DNA of 64,000 nucleotides, taken from assembly GCF_009914755.1 (NCBI RefSeq), contig NC_060926.1, one strand, 5' to 3'. Origin of the DNA: the human T2T-CHM13v2.0 reference genome, Homo sapiens. Positions 58,356 through 64,000 of the stretch are shown here, in pieces (the first letter of the stretch is position 1; each line of letters begins with the position of its first letter). The position numbers were made by a program, and so were the translations under genes. The notes below the pieces were generated by a model that made no database searches, had not been told where the DNA came from, and saw only the letters and a list, made by a program, of their open reading frames with translations.

Positions 58356-61300
58356 AGATATAGAGACTACTATTGACTTTTTCAAAACAGTTTATTTTTA
58401 ACTAATTATAGATTCACAAGATGACAAGAAAAGTGGAGTAAGGCCTTGTATACCCTTCATTCTGCTTCCAGTAATGCCGATATCTTATTATAATAATTAT
58501 AGTACAATAAAAAAACCAGGAAATCGATTCTCGTCTGTTGTTGCCTTTTTAAAAATCTTTTCAGTGTATTAAAAAAATTTTTTTTCAATAGGGTTTTGGG
58601 AAGCAGGTGGTGTTTGGTTACATAAATAAGTTCTTTAGTGGTAATTTCTGAGATTTTGATGTATCCATAACCCAAGCAGTGTACACTGTACCTAATGTGT
58701 AGTCTTTTATCCATCACCCGCCTTCCACCCTTTCCCTCTAGTCCCCAAAGTCCATTGTATGGACTTATTTCTTAAAATAAGAAATTGCATCCTCATAGCT
58801 AAGCTCCTGATTGTGAGAGAGAACACGTGATGTTTGGTTTTCCATTCCTGAGTTACTTCACTTAGGATATAATTCTCTCTCTCTCTCTCTCTCGTGCTCT
58901 CTCTCTCTCTCTATATATATATATCACATTTTCTTTATCCACTTGTTGATTGGTAGGCATTTGGGCTAGTTCCATATTTTTGCAATTATGAATTGTGCTG
59001 CTATAAACGTGTGTGTGCAAGTATCTTTTTTGTATAATGGCTTCTTTTCCTTTGGGTTGATACCTAATGGTGGGATTGCTGGATCAAATGGAAGATCATT
59101 TTTAGTTCTTTAAGGAATGTCTACACTGTTTTCCACAGTGGTTGTACTAGTTTACATTCGCACCCACAGTGCAAAAGTGTTCCCTTTTTACCACATCCAT
59201 GCCAACATCTATTAATTTTTGATTTTTTGAATATGGCCGTTCTTGCAGGAGTGAGGTGGTATCACCTTGCAGTTCTGATTTGCATTTCCCTGATAATCAG
59301 TGATGTTGAGCATTTTTCCATATGCTTGTTGTCCATTTGTGTGTCTTCTTTTGAGAATTGTCTATTCATGTCCTTAGCCCACTTTTTGATGGTATTGTTT
59401 GATTTTTTTCTTGCTGATTTGTTTGAGTTCTTTGTGGATTCTGGATATTAGTCCTTTTTCAAATGTATACATTGTGAAGATTTTTCTCCCACTCTGGGTT
59501 GTCTGTTGATTCTGCTGTTTCTTTTGCAGTGCAGAAGCTTTTTAGTTTAATTAAGTCCCATCTATTTACCTTTGTTTCTGTTGCATTTTCTTTTGGGTTC
59601 TATGTCATGAAGTCTTGCCTAAGCCAATGTCTAGAGGGGTTTTTCCAATGTTATCTTCTAGATTTGTTATGGTTTCAGGTCTTAGGTTTAAGTCTTTGAT
59701 CCATCTTGAGTTGATTTTTGTATAAGGTGAAAGATGAGGATCCAGTTTCATTCTTCTACATGAGGCTTGTCAATTATCCCAGCACCATTTGTTGAATAGG
59801 GTGTCCTTTCCCCACTTTATGTTTTTGTTTGATTTGCTGAATATCAGTTGGCGGTAAGTATTTGGCTTTATTTCTGGGTTCTCTATTCTGTTCCATTGGT
59901 CTGTGTGCCTATTTTTATACCAGTACCATGCTGTTTCAGTGACTATGGCCTTATAGTATAGTTTGAAGTCAGGTAATGTGATGCCTCCACGTTTAATCTT
60001 TTTGCTTAGTCTTGCTTTGGCTATGTAGGCTCTTTTTTGGTTCCATATGAATTTTAGGATTGTTTTTTCTAGTTCTGTGAAGAATGATGGTGGTATTTTG
60101 ATGGGAATTGCATTGAATTTGTAGATTGCTTTTGACAGTATGGTCATTGTCACAATATTGATTCTACCCATCCATAAGCATGGGATGTGTTTCCATTTGT
60201 GTTGTGTATAATTTCTTTCTGCAGTGTAGAGATCTTTCACCTCCTTGGTGAGGTATATTCCTAATTTTGTTGTTGTTGTTGTTGTTGTTGTTTTACAGCT
60301 GTTGTAAAAGTGGTTGAGTTCTTGATTTGACTCTCAGCTTAGTCACCATTGGTATATAGCAGAGCTATTGATTTGTGTGCATTAATTTTGTATCCTGAAA
60401 CTTTACTGAATTCATTTACCAGTTCTAGGAGCGTTTCGGATGAGTCTTTAGGGTTTTATAGGCATATGATCATATCATCAGCAAACAGCAACAGTTTGAC
60501 TTCCTATTTACCAATTTGGATGCCTATCATTCCTTTCTCTTGTCTGATTGTTCTGGCTAGAACTTCCAGTACTATGTTGAATAGAAGTGGTGAAACTGAG
60601 CATCTTTGTCTTGTTCCAGTTCTCATGGGGAATGCTTTATATTTTCCCCCATTCAGTATAATGTTGGCTGTAAATATGTCCTAGATGTCTATTACCTTAA
60701 GGTTGTCCCTTCTATGCCGATTTTGGTGAGGGCTTTAATCATAAACGGATGCTGGATTTTTTCAAATGTTTTTTCTGCAGCTACTGAGAGAATCATGTGA
60801 TTTTTGTTTTTAATTCTGTTTATGTGGTGTATCACATTTATTGACTTACTTATGTTAAACCATCCCTGCATCTGTGGAAGCCCACTTGATCATGGTGGAT
60901 TATCTTTTTGATATGCTGGTGGATTTGGTTAGCTAGTATTTTATTGAGGATTTTTGTATCTATGTTCATCAGGGATATTGGTCTGTAGTTTTCTTTTTTT
61001 GTTATATCCATCCCTGGTTTTGGTATTAGGGTGATGCTGGCTTCATAGAATGATTTAGTAAGGATTCCCTTTTTCTCTATCCTGTGGAATAGTGTAAGTA
61101 GGATTGGTACCATTCCTTCTTCGAATGTCTGATGGAATTCAGCTCTGAATCCATCTGGCCCAGGATTTTTTGTTGTTGTTGGCAGTTTTAAAATTACTAT
61201 TTCAATCTTGCTGCTTATTATTGATCTGTTCAGAGTTTCTATATCTTCCTGGTTTAATCTAGGGGGGTTGTATATTTGCAATTTATCCATCTCCTCTAGG

Positions 61301-61711
61301 TTTTCTAGTTTATGTGCATAAAGGTGTTCATGGTAGCCTTGGATAATCTTGTATTTCTGTGGTGTCAGTAGTAATATCTCCTGTTTCATTTCTAATTGAG
61401 CTTATTTGAATCTTTTCTTTTCTGGGTTAATCTCACTAATCAATTTTGTTTATCTTTTCAAAGAACCAGCTTTTTGCTTCATTTATCTTGTGTATTTTTT
61501 GTTTGTTTCAATTGCATTTAGTTCTGCTCTGATCTTTGTTATTTTCTTTCTTCTGCTGGGTTTGGGTTTGGATTATTCTTGTTTCTGCAGTCCCATGAGG
61601 TGTGACCTTAGATCGTCTATTTGTGCTCTTTCACACTTTTTAATGTAGGCATTTAATGCTGTGAACTTTCCTCTTAGCACCACTTTTGCTGTATCCCAGA
61701 GGTTTTGATAG

Positions 61712-62072
<361 letters not shown>

Positions 62073-62995
62073 TAAATTTCCATCTTGATTTCATTGTTGA
62101 CCCAGTGATTATTCAGGAGCAGGTTATTTAATTTCCATGTATTTGCGTGGTTTTTAGAGTTCCTTTTGGAATTATTTCCAATTTTATTCCACTGTGGTCT
62201 GAGAGAATACTTGAAATAATTTCAATTTTCTTAAATTTACTGAGACTTGTTTTGTGGTATATCATATAGTCTATCTTGGAGAATGCTTCATGTGCTGATG
62301 AATAGAATATATATTCTGCAGTTGTTGGGTAGAATGTTCTGTAAATATCTGTTAAGTCCATTTATTCTAGGGCATAGTTTAAGTCCATTGTTTTTTTTGT
62401 TGACTTCCTGTCTTGATGACCTGACTAGTGCTGTCAGTGGAGGATTAAGTCCTCCACTATTATTGTGTTGCCATCTATCTAATTTCTTAGGTCTATTAGC
62501 AATTGTTTTATAAATTTGGGAACTCCAGTGTTAGGTGCATATGTATTTAGGATTGTGATATTTTCCTGTTGGACTAGTCCTTTTATCATTGTATAATGTT
62601 CCTCTTTGTCTTTTTTTAACTGCTGTTGCTTTAAAGTTTATTTTGTCTGATATAAGAATAGCTACTCCTGCTCACTTTTGGTATTAATTTGCATGGAATA
62701 TCTTTTTCCACCCCTTTACCTTAAGTATATGTGAGTCCCTATGTGTTACATAAGTCTCCTGAAGACAGCAGAAACTTGGTTGATGAATTCTTATCCATTC
62801 TACCATTCTGTATCTTTTAGGTGGAGCATTTATTCCATTTGCATTCAATGTTAGTATTGAGATGTGAGGTACTATTCTATTTATTGCCTTAATACCTTTT
62901 TAAAAAAATTTTGTTATTGTCGTATAGGTCCTGTGAGATTTATGCTTTAAGGAGGTTCTATTTTGGTGTATTTCAAGATTTGCTTCAATATTTAG

Positions 62996-63284
<289 letters not shown>

Positions 63285-64000
63285 AAGATTTAGAGCTCCT
63301 TTTAGCTGTTCTGGTAGTGGTGGCCTGGTAATGGCGAATTTTCTCAGCATTTGTTTGTCTGGAAAAGACTGTATCTTTCATTCATTTATGAAGCTTAGTT
63401 TTTCTGGATACAAAAATTGTTTGTTTAAGGAGGCTAAAAATAGGACCCCAATCCCTTCTAGCTTGTAGGTTTTCTGCTGAGAAATATGCTGTTACTTTGA
63501 TAGGTTTTCCCTTATAGGTTACTTGATGCTTTTGCCTCACAGCTGTTAAGATTCTTTCCTTTTCATCTTGACCTTAGATAACCTGACGACTATGTGCGTT
63601 GGTGATTATCTTTTTGCCATGAATTTCCCAGGTGTTCTTTGAGCTTCTTGTATTTGGATTTCTAGATCTCTAGGAAGGCCAGGGAGGTTTTCTTCAATTA
63701 TTCCCTCAAATATGTTTTCCAGATTTTAGATTTCTCTTCTTCCTTGGGAACACCAATTATTCGTAGGTTGGATGCTTAATATAGTCCCAAACTTCTTGGA
63801 GCCTTTGTTCATTTTTTCTAATCCTTTTTTATTTCTCTTTGATGGGTTGGGTTAATTCAAAAGCCTTGTCTTTGAGCTCTGAAGTCCTTTCTTCTGCTTA
63901 TTCGATTCTATTGCTGAGACTTTCTGAGCATTTTACTTTTCTCTGTGTCCTTGATTTCCAGAAATTGTGATTGTTTTTTGTTATCTATTTCACTGAAGAT

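Overview
Human genomic DNA: a pristine AluYa5 at ~52.3 kb points to the human lineage. The window is gene-poor and dominated by transposable elements: nested L1s, ~25 Alus, a complete THE1A provirus, THE1/MLT1/MER4/MER41 LTRs, L2/MIR and DNA transposons including Tigger4. The only host-gene-derived locus is an intronless MYADM retrocopy on the minus strand (~45.1-48.55 kb), most likely MYADML (recognised from memory, not database-checked). Its 316-codon frame has no frameshift and a single TGG>TAG stop at codon 66. An in-frame ATG in GCCATG context follows 15 nt later. The copy retains many CpGs, and its 5' leader holds an intact branch point/3' splice site plus promoter-type motifs. Just upstream (49-53 kb) is a cluster of short locally templated duplications and insertions. 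Two Alus lacking TSDs appear to mark old deletions. Repeat subfamilies and parental MYADM comparisons come from recalled sequences; boundaries of old repeats are approximate. Almost all other listed ORFs are repeat-derived or shadow ORFs.
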